A stretch of 64,000 nt of DNA from Promethearchaeota archaeon (lineage in GTDB: Archaea > Asgardarchaeota > Lokiarchaeia > Sigyniarchaeales > SOKP01), in assembly GCA_019894975.1 (NCBI GenBank), contig JAGXNO010000015.1:1-64000 (forward strand). Reading direction: 5' to 3'. Both the position numbers and the translations under genes were made by a program. Positions 8,976-19,445 of this stretch are shown one piece after another (position 1 is the stretch's first letter; every line of letters begins with the position of its first letter). The notes beneath the pieces were generated by a model. That model saw only the letters and a program-made list of their open reading frames with translations. It did no database searches and was not told the origin of the DNA.

Positions 8976-10364
8976 TTATTTACTAATTGAGTAAATTTTA
9001 GGAACATCTTCACCTGCTTCCTTCATTTTTCTCTTTAAAATATCTGCTAATCCTTTTCTTACATCTTCAAAGTTAGGATCTTCCACGAGATTATTTTTCT
9101 CATATACGTCATTCTCCAGATCATAAAGGAATTCTTCATTGTAAATATCGCTTTTTGAATACAGATAGCCGTCCCAAGGCTCGTTTCGTTTAGGTGCAAC
9201 TACAGAATACTTCCATTTTTTTGTTCGGATTGCTCTGCCAACTTGATTTTCACTAATCTGAATAAAAATTTCTTGAGGCCAATCTTTTTTATTGTCACTA
9301 TCGTTATCCAATAATTTCTGAAGAGCATTTCCTCTCATAAAATTTGGTATTTCTATCCCTGCTACTTTTAATAGCGTTGGGGGTAAATCTATCAAGCTTA
9401 CTAACTCACTGATTACTCTACCTCCATTAAAATCTAGTCCTTTGATTACTAAAGGAATTCTAATAGATGATTCATGGCAAGATCGTTTGTATTCTCTATT
9501 GCGAGTCCTAAAATGGCACCCATGATCGCTAGTAAAAAATATCGTTGAATTTTCATATATTCCTAATCTTTTTAGGGTAGCAATTATCCTCCCAAGGTTC
9601 ATATCAATTGAATGGCAACATCCTAAATAATCCGCGAAAAACTCTTCCCAATCACCTTCTGTATCCTGTAAATCCCCAGGAATTCTGAAATCTTTAAATT
9701 TTTCCTTGCTTCCTGTGGGTCCTTCTATTGCATTGTGATCATTTTGGTGATGTGGTTCTAAAAATGATATAAATAAAAATAATGGCTTTTGTACATTACG
9801 AGACTCTAAATAGTCCAGTATAAAGTCTGTTTGACAATCAACTCTATAGCCATTAAATTCTCTTTTATTGCCATCCCCGTCAAAAAAATGTCCATTATAG
9901 GCGTGTGAAGTGTGTTCGAGTGCATCGGATGCAAGCCAATAATCTTTATACCCTCCTCTGTATTCAGGGGGGATAGATCTCCTTCGAAAATCCTGTTTTT
10001 CTAATGAAATATCGTCAGATTTCCCAAGTGTACTTGCGAGATGCCATTTTCCTATATAAGCTACATCATAACCATTTTTAGAAAAATAGTTTGCTATGTT
10101 TTGGTCACTTATTGGGAGTCCAATCGCATTTCTGAAACATCCTAATTCAGTAGGATATTTTCCTGATTGGAGTATTGCTCTTGCTGGACCACAAACAGGT
10201 TGATTAGTGAAAGTATATTCAAAACAAACTCCTTCCTTGGCTATTCCATCAAGGTTAGGTGTAATATTCAAATCTTGGCCATAGCAACCAACTGTATCGT
10301 ATCTTTGCTGGTCCGTTAAAATGAAGATAACATTCGGTTTTGTTTTTGCCGTGTTATATCTCAA
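8976..10364 (-). CDS. Arylsulfatase-family (Cys-type) sulfatase
   Basis: PNVIFILTDQQR, CGPARA (CxPxR), GKWHL, TSDHG, FLYDLEND. Confidence 0.92.
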   Translation of the reverse strand: MRYNTAKTKPNVIFILTDQQRYDTVGCYGQDLNITPNLDGIAKEGVCFEYTFTNQPVCGPARAILQSGKYPTELGCFRNAIGLPISDQNIANYFSKNGYDVAYIGKWHLASTLGKSDDISLEKQDFRRRSIPPEYRGGYKDYWLASDALEHTSHAYNGHFFDGDGNKREFNGYRVDCQTDFILDYLESRNVQKPLFLFISFLEPHHQNDHNAIEGPTGSKEKFKDFRIPGDLQDTEGDWEEFFADYLGCCHSIDMNLGRIIATLKRLGIYENSTIFFTSDHGCHFRTRNREYKRSCHESSIRIPLVIKGLDFNGGRVISELVSLIDLPPTLLKVAGIEIPNFMRGNALQKLLDNDSDNKKDWPQEIFIQISENQVGRAIRTKKWKYSVVAPKRNEPWDGYLYSKSDIYNEEFLYDLENDVYEKNNLVEDPNFEDVRKGLADILKRKMKEAGEDVPKIYSISK

Positions 10365-10500
10365 TCCTCTTAATTTACTATAATATTTTTATTATTTTTA
10401 CTATATCTAATTTTCTATTGTGAGTTCATTGATTCTCATCTTGAGTTGATTATTGATAACCCGAAATAATATTAATTAAAATAAATTCTTCTCTCCTAGA

Positions 10501-11283
10501 ATGGAACTATTTTCAATTAAGCTTCCCCTTATCAAAGAGAATGATGATTTATTAAATATTATTTTTGAAAGTATCTCTAAACAAGGGAAATCTTTAAAGG
10601 AAGGAGATATAATAGTTATAGCCGAAAAGGTTATAGCTACGTCACAAGGAAGAGTAGTTAACTTGTCTGATGTCACTCATGTTTCGGAAAAAGCAAAAGA
10701 AATGGCGAAAGAATATGATATGGATGTACGATTTGTGCAATTAATATTACAGGAAGCATCAATGATACTAGGGGGAATGAAGCATGTAATTTTAGCCCAA
10801 GTGAATGATTTTTTAATAGCCAATGCGGGAATAGATCAATCAAACGCGGGACCAAATAAAGTTGTTTTACTCCCCAAAGATCTCCACAAAGTTGCTTGGG
10901 GATATTGGAAGAAATTAAAAAAAGAGTTTGGATTAAATAATCTTGGAGTAATTATCTCAGATTCAAGGGTCCAACCATTGAGAAAAGGGACTATTGGAAT
11001 TGCTATTGCAACAGCGGGATTTGAACCCATTGAAGATTTACGAGGCCATCATGATCTTTTTAATCGTCCTATGGAAATTACAATGAGAGCAATAGCAGAT
11101 GATCTCACGAGTGCTGCTCAATTTCTTCTAAGTGAAGCGGATCAACAAACGCCTGTTGTAGTAATTAGAGAGAGTAATGTTGAGTTCACAGAAAATCCTC
11201 AGTTAACTCCTGAAATGGCTCCAGAAGAGTGCCTTTATATGAATATCTTTTCTAAATATCTTTTAAGAAATCAGGATAAATAA
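10501..11283 (+). CDS. cofE: Coenzyme F420-0:L-glutamate ligase (CofE family)
   Basis: PLIKENDDL, GDIIVIAEKVIA, ANAGIDQSN, GVIISDS, ADDLTSAA, PVVVIR. Confidence 0.88.
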   Translation: MELFSIKLPLIKENDDLLNIIFESISKQGKSLKEGDIIVIAEKVIATSQGRVVNLSDVTHVSEKAKEMAKEYDMDVRFVQLILQEASMILGGMKHVILAQVNDFLIANAGIDQSNAGPNKVVLLPKDLHKVAWGYWKKLKKEFGLNNLGVIISDSRVQPLRKGTIGIAIATAGFEPIEDLRGHHDLFNRPMEITMRAIADDLTSAAQFLLSEADQQTPVVVIRESNVEFTENPQLTPEMAPEECLYMNIFSKYLLRNQDK

Positions 11284-11290
11284 AAAAAAA

Positions 11291-11761
11291 TTACTTTTTT
11301 ATAGATTTTGGGGTCATTTGAGCATCATTTCTTTCTCTTATTTTACTGCCTATAAATCCTCCTAGTGCTCCACACAAAATGGAAGGAATTACATATACCA
11401 CAGTAAAAAATTCCACAAAAAATCCGAGAAAACCAGAAGGTGAAAATATACCAAAAATTAACCAACTCAAAGTAATCCCTGCTGCCCCGCCTAAAGGTCC
11501 ACGTTTAACTATCGTATTAAAATAACCTGCAGCGATACCAAAAGCAACACCTAAAATATAAGCGAGAAAGAAATAAAAGGATACTGTAGAGAGTAAAAAT
11601 AATGAATTCAAGAGCCCGGAAATGAAAATTCCACCAAGAAAACTTTCGTCTTGGAATTTTTTGTGAGCCAAAAATACAAGGTAACCATATATTACTATAC
11701 AGGCGATAAAAATAGCCAACCCAGATACAAATAAAACTCCATTTAAAATCATATTTATCAC
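11291..11761 (-). CDS. Hypothetical multi-pass membrane protein
   Basis: 156-aa hydrophobic ORF with Gly-rich TM helices (GALGGFIG). Confidence 0.7.
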   Translation of the reverse strand: MINMILNGVLFVSGLAIFIACIVIYGYLVFLAHKKFQDESFLGGIFISGLLNSLFLLSTVSFYFFLAYILGVAFGIAAGYFNTIVKRGPLGGAAGITLSWLIFGIFSPSGFLGFFVEFFTVVYVIPSILCGALGGFIGSKIRERNDAQMTPKSIKK

Positions 11762-11874
11762 ATATTTGAATAAAGCAATAACTGTAAAATTTAGAATTGT
11801 AGAACATTTTTTAAATTTAATCGTTAAACTTTTTTGAAATCCACAATATTTATGGATATTCTAATGTTGAAAGT

Positions 11875-13188
11875 ATGAATAGGAAAATGAAGGAACTTAA
11901 ATATTTAACAATAAAAGAAGCAGTGGAGAAGGGTGATACTGAAGTAAATTTGAGAGGGTGGGTTTATCGTGAGCGAAAATCAAATAAATTCATATTTATT
12001 GTATTAAGAGACGGATCAGATATAATACAATGCGTTATACCAAAAAGTAAAAATCCAAAACTCTTTGAAATAGCTGAAACATTAACGATTGAATCCTCAA
12101 TTCAAATCTCAGGAACACTTAAGGAAGATGATAGAGCCCCTACGGGTTATGAAGTCTCTGTAGACAATTTGGAGATCGTACAAATAGCTGAACCTTTTCC
12201 AATTACAGAATATCAGTCTCCAGAATTGTTATATGATAATAGACATTTATGGTTACGTTCACGGAAATTGAATGCAATCTTAAAGATACGCCACACAATT
12301 GTAGGAGCAATTCATAAATTTTTTAGAGATCATGGGTATTATGAATTCGATGCTCCTATCTTCCAACCTAGCATGTCGGAAGGAGGTTCTACATTATTTG
12401 AAGTTAAGTATTACAAAGATAAAGTCTATTTAAGCCAATCTTGGCAACTTTATGCTGAAGCGGGGATTTTTAGTTTGGGTAAAATTTATAATATGGGTCC
12501 TACGTTTAGAGCTGAAAAATCTAAGACTTCTAGACATTTATCGGAGTTTTGGATGGCAGAAATGGAAGCTGCTTGGATGGAACTTGATGAAGTAACTGAA
12601 GTTGCAAAAGATGAGATAAGATTTATAATTCAAGAAGTATTAAAAGATAATCGAAAGGAACTTGAGGTTTTAGAAAGAGATATTAGTTTGTTGGAAAAAT
12701 ATGAAAAAGCAGAATATCCAACTATTAAGTATTCAGAAGTTTTAGATATTCTTAATAAGAAATATGATATGAAAGTACCTTGGGGTAAAGATTTAAGAAC
12801 TAATGAGGAAGCAAAGATAGCAGAACATTACAAGGTTCCGGTGGTTGTCACTCATTACCCTACAGAAATCATGGGTTTTTATAAACCACCTAGTACAGAA
12901 AATCCGCAAGAAGCATTATGTTTTGATATGTTAGCTCCTGAAGGATATTGCGAAATTATTGGAGGGTCAGAAAGGAGCCTTCAAGTTGAAAATATGAAGG
13001 AAAGATTAAGAGCTGAAGGAGAAAATCCAGAAACATACTCATGGTATTTTGATTTAAGACGCTATGGCAGTGTTCCCCATTCAGGTTATGGAGTAGGAGT
13101 TGAAAGAGTTATTTCTTGGATCTGTGGTTTAGATAATATTAAAGATGCAATCCCGTTCCCGAGAACTATGCTGAGGAAATCACCATGA
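11875..13188 (+). CDS. asnS: Asparagine--tRNA ligase
   Basis: N-terminal OB fold (LRGWV, FIVLRDGS), YLSQSWQLY, FRAEKSKTSRHLSEFWMAEME, EIIGGSER, PHSGYGVGVER. Confidence 0.93.
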   Translation: MNRKMKELKYLTIKEAVEKGDTEVNLRGWVYRERKSNKFIFIVLRDGSDIIQCVIPKSKNPKLFEIAETLTIESSIQISGTLKEDDRAPTGYEVSVDNLEIVQIAEPFPITEYQSPELLYDNRHLWLRSRKLNAILKIRHTIVGAIHKFFRDHGYYEFDAPIFQPSMSEGGSTLFEVKYYKDKVYLSQSWQLYAEAGIFSLGKIYNMGPTFRAEKSKTSRHLSEFWMAEMEAAWMELDEVTEVAKDEIRFIIQEVLKDNRKELEVLERDISLLEKYEKAEYPTIKYSEVLDILNKKYDMKVPWGKDLRTNEEAKIAEHYKVPVVVTHYPTEIMGFYKPPSTENPQEALCFDMLAPEGYCEIIGGSERSLQVENMKERLRAEGENPETYSWYFDLRRYGSVPHSGYGVGVERVISWICGLDNIKDAIPFPRTMLRKSP

Positions 13189-13260
13189 GAAATTAAATCT
13201 TATTCTACAAAATAAGAGTTATTAAGATCCTTTTCCTTAATTATTTAAAAGTGTGGTTTA

Positions 13261-14748
13261 TTGCAAATGGAATTCTATGAATACATGGCCTATGAACTAA
13301 TTGAAAAGATAAAAACTAAAGAATTTACAATAGAAGAAGTCATTCAGAAATCTTTTCAACGAATAGAAGAAACGGAGAAAAAACTGCATTCTTTTGTTCA
13401 TTTACACAAAACTGAAGCTTTAGATAAAGCAAAAAAATTAGATAATAACTTAAGAGAAGGGAAATCTATAGGAAAGCTTTATGGATTACCTTTTGGTATA
13501 AAAGACCTCATTTGTGTTAAGAACAGTCCTACTACCTGCGGATCCAAAATTTTAGAAGGATATCTTCCTCCTTACAACGCAACGGTTATAGAACATCTAA
13601 TTGAAAAGGAAGGAGCCATATGTTTAGGACGTACAAATATGGACGAATTTGCAATGGGTTCATCTACAGAAAACAGTTCCTATGGTCCAACGTATAACCC
13701 GTGGGATATTGAATGTGTTCCAGGAGGCTCAAGTGGAGGATCGGCTACATGTGTAGCATCAGGTCAAACCTCAGTCTCATTAGGGACAGATACTGGGGGG
13801 AGTATTAGGTGCCCCGCTTCATATTGTGGGGTAGTGGGATTAAAGCCTACATATGGGCGGGTATCTAGATATGGGTTAGTCTCATATGCAAATTCATTAG
13901 ATCAAATTGGACCTTTATCTCGATGTGTATACGACTCAGCTATGATACTGGAAATAATCGCAGGACATGATCCTTTAGACTCTACAACAGCAGATATTAA
14001 AGTTGATAACTACACCCAAGAACTTAAAAATTCATTAGAAAATAAAGTTCTTGGTGTTCCTAAAGAATTTTTTGGTGAAGGATTAGAAAAAGATGTAAAG
14101 GATAGAGTAACAAGGGCAATTAAGAAACTAGATAGTCTGGGAGCTAAGACCATAGAGATTTCATTTCCCCATTTAGAATATGCTATTCCCACTTATTATT
14201 TAATTGCTATGAGTGAGGCAAGTTCGAATTTAGCTAGGTATGACGGATTGAGATATGGTGAGATGAGTGATGATCTTAGTGGGGATATTTATGAAGTTTA
14301 TAGTAGAACTCGAGCAGAAAAATTTGGATCTGAAGTGAGGAGAAGAATTATCTTAGGAAGTTATGCACTTTCTGCAGGATATTATGATATGTTTTATATC
14401 AAAGCGTTGAAGGTAAGAACTCTAATTAAAAATGATTTTCAAGAAGCATTTAAACACTGCGAAGCAATATTATGTCCCACAATGCCTACAACTGCATTTA
14501 AAATTGGTGAATTAGTAGATGATCCTTTAAAAATGTATTTAATGGATATACTAACCTGTCCAGTTAATTTAGCGGGTTTACCTGCTCTTTCAATCCCATG
14601 CGGTTTTGACACAAATAACCTTCCAATTGGATTTCAGATTATTGGAAATTATTTTGATGAAAAATCCATACTTAATATCGGTTACCTACTTGAACAAGAA
14701 CTGAATCTATATAGAAAAATGGCTCCAATCATGAACAGAGGGATTTAA
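13261..14748 (+). CDS. gatA: Asp/Glu-tRNA amidotransferase subunit A
   Basis: Amidase signature PGGSSGGSA, GTDTGGSIR; SSNLARYDG; EVRRRIILG. Confidence 0.96.
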   Translation: MQMEFYEYMAYELIEKIKTKEFTIEEVIQKSFQRIEETEKKLHSFVHLHKTEALDKAKKLDNNLREGKSIGKLYGLPFGIKDLICVKNSPTTCGSKILEGYLPPYNATVIEHLIEKEGAICLGRTNMDEFAMGSSTENSSYGPTYNPWDIECVPGGSSGGSATCVASGQTSVSLGTDTGGSIRCPASYCGVVGLKPTYGRVSRYGLVSYANSLDQIGPLSRCVYDSAMILEIIAGHDPLDSTTADIKVDNYTQELKNSLENKVLGVPKEFFGEGLEKDVKDRVTRAIKKLDSLGAKTIEISFPHLEYAIPTYYLIAMSEASSNLARYDGLRYGEMSDDLSGDIYEVYSRTRAEKFGSEVRRRIILGSYALSAGYYDMFYIKALKVRTLIKNDFQEAFKHCEAILCPTMPTTAFKIGELVDDPLKMYLMDILTCPVNLAGLPALSIPCGFDTNNLPIGFQIIGNYFDEKSILNIGYLLEQELNLYRKMAPIMNRGI

Positions 14749-14749
14749 T

Positions 14750-16210
14750 TTGAGTTCGAACTATGAAGATGTGATAATTGGATTAGAAGTCCATATTCAA
14801 CTTACTAGTTTAAAAACAAAGTTGTTTTGTGCTTGTAATGCTGATTATCGTGGTGCGGAACCAAATTCGTATAATTGTCCAATCTGTTTAGGGTTACCAG
14901 GTTCATTACCTGTTATAAATAAAAAAGCTATAGAGTATGCTACTAAACTTGCATTAGCATTAGATTGTAATCTAAACAGCATAAGTTATTTTTTTCGAAA
15001 GAATTATTTTTATTGCGATTTACCGAAAGGTTTTCAAATCACTCAATTTCACAAGTCTGGTGGAAAAGCTTTCGCAGATGGGGGAATAATTACTATTAAA
15101 ACTAATGGTGCTAAGAAGGCGATAAAGCTAAATAGAATACATTTAGAGGAGGATCCTGCAAGGTTAGTACATAAGGGAAGTATCGCTACGTCCCCTTTTA
15201 CTTTAGTAGATTATAACCGATCTGGCGTATGTCTTATTGAAATCGTGTCAGAACCAGTAATAAATTCTCCTGAAGAAGCAAGAGAATTTCTAAAACAATT
15301 AAAATCAATCGTTCAGTATACAGGTATATCAAATTTAGATTTAACTGGGGCTGCTCGAGTTGATGCGAACATATCAATAAGAGGACATGAACGAAGTGAA
15401 GTGAAAAATATTAGTAGTTTTAGAGAAGTAGAACGTGCCTTGAAGTGGGAAATTCAACGACAAAGAAATCAGTTAAAGAGAGGGAAAATTTTAACTCAAG
15501 AAACTAGACATTGGGATGACAAAAGGAGGATTACAATTTCTCTAAGAACAAAAGAATTTGAAGCAGATTATCGATATTTTCCAGAACAGGATTTAGTTCC
15601 AATAAGAATCGATGATGATTTTATCAAAAAAGTTAAAGATATATTACCAGAAATGCCCCTCGAGAGAGCAGTAAGACTTCACAGAGATTATAATTTATCA
15701 GAATTTGACTCAGAAAATTTAGTTCTAGATAAAGATATAGCTGATTTCTATGAAGACGGAGTAAATTCTGACCCTTCATTCGGTCCGAATGAGTATAAAC
15801 AATTTTGTAATTGGTTGATGAACGATATATTGCGACATTTAAAAGAACAAAATAAGACAATAAAAGAAACAGAAATTCACATCAAACAGGTAGTTGACTT
15901 AATAAACGGTATTAAGGAAGGAAAGATTACCACTAAAATAGCGAAGACATTTATAAGTGAAATGATGAATGGCTCTTCAATTTCTAAGATTATTGAGAAG
16001 AATGGTAAAAAGAGAATTTCTAATGAAGAAATTATTGAAAAATATTGCAAAGAGGTAATCCAAGAGAACCCGAAAATCCTTGAAGATTATCATAAGAATC
16101 CAAAAGCAATAGAAGCTTTAATAGGCCGAGTTATGGGAAAAACCAAAGGTCAAGCCGCCCCTGAAATTACTAGGGAAATAATGGTTGAGCTCCTAAAAAC
16201 ATTGGGGTAA
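14750..16210 (+). CDS. gatB: Asp/Glu-tRNA amidotransferase subunit B
   Basis: IGLEVHIQL, RKNYFY, IHLEED, DYNRSG, RVDANISIR, DYRYFPE. Confidence 0.96.
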   Translation: MSSNYEDVIIGLEVHIQLTSLKTKLFCACNADYRGAEPNSYNCPICLGLPGSLPVINKKAIEYATKLALALDCNLNSISYFFRKNYFYCDLPKGFQITQFHKSGGKAFADGGIITIKTNGAKKAIKLNRIHLEEDPARLVHKGSIATSPFTLVDYNRSGVCLIEIVSEPVINSPEEAREFLKQLKSIVQYTGISNLDLTGAARVDANISIRGHERSEVKNISSFREVERALKWEIQRQRNQLKRGKILTQETRHWDDKRRITISLRTKEFEADYRYFPEQDLVPIRIDDDFIKKVKDILPEMPLERAVRLHRDYNLSEFDSENLVLDKDIADFYEDGVNSDPSFGPNEYKQFCNWLMNDILRHLKEQNKTIKETEIHIKQVVDLINGIKEGKITTKIAKTFISEMMNGSSISKIIEKNGKKRISNEEIIEKYCKEVIQENPKILEDYHKNPKAIEALIGRVMGKTKGQAAPEITREIMVELLKTLG

Positions 16211-16247
16211 TGGAGTAAGCAAAAATTATTAAAAAAAGAGAAAAAAA

Positions 16248-16601
16248 TTATAACCATTTTCTAAGTTCTGTACTAGCAGCATCCAATTTTAGGTTGATAA
16301 TTCCTAATTTAGCTTCCTTTGTAGTGATAATCGTAAGGATATTTCCCTCAATTTCGCTGAAAAGTATTTTTCCCTTCTCAGACTCTATTATTGCGCTGAA
16401 GAATTGACCTTGTTCTAATTCCTTGGTTGCTCTTTGACTTGCTTTTAAGATTAAGGTTACCATAGCTGCTACTGCCTCTGGATCTACCCATCCGGGTAAT
16501 GCGCTACCTCTAATTAAACCAAATTTCTCAATTACAGCGGCACCATGAACTCCTTTAATCGCCTTTAGAGAATCAAGCACTTGTATTATTCTTTCACTCA
16601 T
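16248..16601 (-). CDS. Roadblock/LC7 (MglB-like) domain protein
   Basis: 117 aa; IKGVHGAAVIEKFGLI...AVAAM...ELEQG...IIESEKGKIL...AKLGII pattern. Confidence 0.85.
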   Translation of the reverse strand: MSERIIQVLDSLKAIKGVHGAAVIEKFGLIRGSALPGWVDPEAVAAMVTLILKASQRATKELEQGQFFSAIIESEKGKILFSEIEGNILTIITTKEAKLGIINLKLDAASTELRKWL

Positions 16602-16803
16602 CTAACTCATTCCAATTTTAATGTAGCGAGATTATAAATTCTATAATTATTATGTAAGGTGTACTTATATATAAGTATAAAAATCTTAATTAAAAAAGCT
16701 ATTTATCATTTTTTAAATTATTGGGGTTTCAATTAAGGATTAAGCATAAGTAACCATATTAAGATATTTATTTTATCAGAAGGGAAGTAATAGTCCAATT
16801 GCT

Positions 16804-17052
16804 ATGAAAATTGCTAAAGTGGTGGCCGTTGCGGCAGTCACTACTATTGTTTCAGCTGCTTTGACTCCCGCAGTAGGTATTATTGCCGAAGAATTAGTAG
16901 GGGGAGGAACAATTGGGGGAAATGTCTTAGCTCAAACTGCGGATGCAGCAACACAGGGGCTTAAAAATCTTGTAGATCCAATAAAAATTGTTAAAATGGG
17001 AGTTTCAAAAATAATAACAAAAGGTAAAGATCTCCCTGGTGCTAACAGATGA
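16804..17052 (+). CDS. Small hypothetical protein with hydrophobic N-terminus
   Basis: 82-aa ORF, Ala/Val/Gly-rich, GC higher than the flanking DNA. Confidence 0.5.
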   Translation: MKIAKVVAVAAVTTIVSAALTPAVGIIAEELVGGGTIGGNVLAQTADAATQGLKNLVDPIKIVKMGVSKIITKGKDLPGANR

Positions 17053-17129
17053 TATAAAAAATAGTAATATACTTAACATATTCTTTTTTCATTTTCTTAT
17101 TATAATCAATCAGTCAACAACAACATTAA

Positions 17130-17639
17130 GTGATACATATTTCTTTGGTTAAAATTGTTAAAGAAAGGAATGTTAGCTGGGGTATAACAATTTCCACAAT
17201 ACTTACTTCTGTAGCTTATGTAATAATCTCGATTATTTCTATAATTATAGGAAAATATCTTTATTACGGCACGGTGCTCTTTGCCGATCTGCAATTTCTT
17301 TTAGGTTCTATTATTGGTGTGGTATATTGTTTAGGAAATCTCCAACGTGATCAACCATTTTTGAAATATGGAATAATTGTGGGGATATTGGGAGGATTAT
17401 TTTCTTCCGTATTCATAAGCTTATATCAAACTGTTTTGTTAGCAATAACAGGAGGGGAAACAAATATTTTTATTTTCTTCCTATATCTTGGGTTCACACT
17501 TCTTTCTGGGATTGTAATCGGATTATTAACAGGAGCAATTTTAGGAACGATTTACATATATAAAGATATGAAAAAATACGATATTAAGGAAGATGAACAC
17601 CTCGATGATGATTTTTTTAAGGATTTAATCGATAAATGA
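17130..17639 (+). CDS. Hypothetical membrane protein
   Basis: Four hydrophobic segments and an acidic C-terminal tail. Confidence 0.7.
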   Translation: MIHISLVKIVKERNVSWGITISTILTSVAYVIISIISIIIGKYLYYGTVLFADLQFLLGSIIGVVYCLGNLQRDQPFLKYGIIVGILGGLFSSVFISLYQTVLLAITGGETNIFIFFLYLGFTLLSGIVIGLLTGAILGTIYIYKDMKKYDIKEDEHLDDDFFKDLIDK

Positions 17640-17686
17640 GTTTTGGATATTGGCTCATTAATAAAAAAAAAGAAGTAATAAGTAGA

Positions 17687-18625
17687 TTACATTAAAGCCG
17701 CTAAAGAAGACATTAATGTTTCCTTTTTAGGTTTTCCTTTTAACAATTCTTGCTCAACGCGCTCAGCTAGAATCTGAGGTGTGAATTTCTCACCATTATT
17801 GTCTATTTGTTTATATGTAGTCCATCCTATTAGTGAAAAAACACGATCTCCCACAGTTCTAAACACTTCCCCGTTGATTTTTGCAGCTTTATCTGAGGCT
17901 AAGAAAGCGACTAATGGAGCAACATTAGCAGGATCGAAGATATCAAATCCTTTCTTATCCTTCATTTTCATTGTATCTACCATCGTAGGTGTTGCGTCTG
18001 TGGTGAGTCTTGTTCTAGCAACAGGGACGATGCAATTTACAGTAGCATATTTTTTTAATTCCATAGAGGCTATATTTGTAAAAGCAGCAATACCTGCTTT
18101 CGCAGCACCATAGTTGGCTTGCCCTACGTTTCCCAACAAACCTGCATCAGATGCGGTATTAATAATCCGCCCAAAAGCACCTAAATCTGGATTAGCCTTT
18201 CCTTGTTCTCTAAAATATGCTGAAGCGTGTCTTGTTAAATTAAAAGTTCCTTTTAAATGTACAGCCATAATCGCATCCCATTCAGCTTCGGTCATATTGA
18301 ATAACATGCGATCCCTAAGAATACCTGCATTGTTCACTAAAATATCTAACCTACCTAACTCAGAAACAGCTTGATCGATCATAGCTTTAGCGGCATTAAA
18401 ATCGGTGACAGAATTATAATTTGCTACTGCTTTTACACCCATTTTCTTAACTTCTTCTACAACCTCATCAGCTACTTTTGATTCTGATCCTGTTCCATCA
18501 TGAAATGCACCTAGATCGTTTATAAGTAAATTACATCCCTCTTTAGCCATAATCAAGGCTTCTTCTCGTCCTAAACCACGACCAGCGCCAGTGATTATTG
18601 CTACTTTTCCATCTAACATTCCCAT
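17687..18625 (-). CDS. Short-chain dehydrogenase/reductase (MFE-2/HSD17B4-like)
   Basis: TGAGRGLG, NNAGILRD, NYGAAKAG (YxxxK). Confidence 0.92.
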   Translation of the reverse strand: MGMLDGKVAIITGAGRGLGREEALIMAKEGCNLLINDLGAFHDGTGSESKVADEVVEEVKKMGVKAVANYNSVTDFNAAKAMIDQAVSELGRLDILVNNAGILRDRMLFNMTEAEWDAIMAVHLKGTFNLTRHASAYFREQGKANPDLGAFGRIINTASDAGLLGNVGQANYGAAKAGIAAFTNIASMELKKYATVNCIVPVARTRLTTDATPTMVDTMKMKDKKGFDIFDPANVAPLVAFLASDKAAKINGEVFRTVGDRVFSLIGWTTYKQIDNNGEKFTPQILAERVEQELLKGKPKKETLMSSLAALM

Positions 18626-18707
18626 ATCTTATCACATACAATTGGTTTATAATTAATTTTAATATAATAAATTGAATTGCAAGTTTAAAAAATTTTAAGG
18701 ATTTTAT

Positions 18708-19119
18708 TTAATTTTGTAATTTACCCTTAAACTTGAAATCTGTAAATTCTTTAAAATAGAACAAATGGCTCCTACAATGACAATCAGATGAACCAAAGTC
18801 CCTAATAAAACTATCTGATAACTCTATCATTTCTCTAGCGATTATACATTCATCGTTTTAAGGAAGGTATTAAAAATAACCTATTTAAACTACTTTTCTC
18901 ATGATTTAATAGATAATCAATATGCCAATGTGTCTTTTTTTGAGTTGAGGGGCGTATATGTCTATTTACTCTTCCTTCTAATGTAGTTGAACCATTACCA
19001 CCCATTCCCGATCCAATGTATAGGTAGGTTCCTTTTTCAAAAGAAATTCTTCCTAAAGCACCGACGATTAAATCTATGTTCTCTGAAATTAAAATTACCA
19101 AAATGTAGGATCCTTTCAT
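18708..19119 (-). pseudogene. GIY-YIG nuclease (DUF123 family), frameshifted
   Basis: KGSYIL, YLYIGSG and HWHIDYLL in 18850-19119. The C-terminal ECIIA...FGSSDCHCRSHLFY continues in the +1 frame (18851-18708). Confidence 0.8.
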
Positions 19120-19292
19120 TTCTTACAATTCTTCTTATGGTCTTGGTAACAACTATCACAAAGATATGCTCCGCATTTTTTGCAAACTTTACTGCATTCA
19201 TCACAGAGATGATTACTGCAATCCTCACAATCAAAAATGACCGAGTCTGTATTTTCTCCACAATTTTCACATATGATATTTTCTTGGCTCAT
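19116..19292 (-). CDS. Small Cys-rich zinc-finger protein (B-box-like), 58 aa
   Basis: MSQENIICENC...CEDC..HLCDEC..VCKKC...LCDSCYQDH. GGAG just upstream of ATG 19292 favours this start over 19337. Overlaps the next start (ATGA). Confidence 0.75.
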   Translation of the reverse strand: MSQENIICENCGENTDSVIFDCEDCSNHLCDECSKVCKKCGAYLCDSCYQDHKKNCKK

Positions 19293-19445
19293 AATACTCC
19301 TCTTATATTCATGTATAAAATTATGAAATATAAACAATTAGTCAAATAAATCTCTATTATTATTAGGTAAATAAGCGTTCTTGTTAAGATCCTCTCTGGG
19401 TAAGAACCCATTTTCTAAAACTTTTTTTAAATTAAAAAATTCATA

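Noticed and set aside
18850-18852. TGA as a selenocysteine codon in the GIY-YIG gene
   Set aside because: Homology continues in a different frame, and in-frame readthrough hits TAG within five codons
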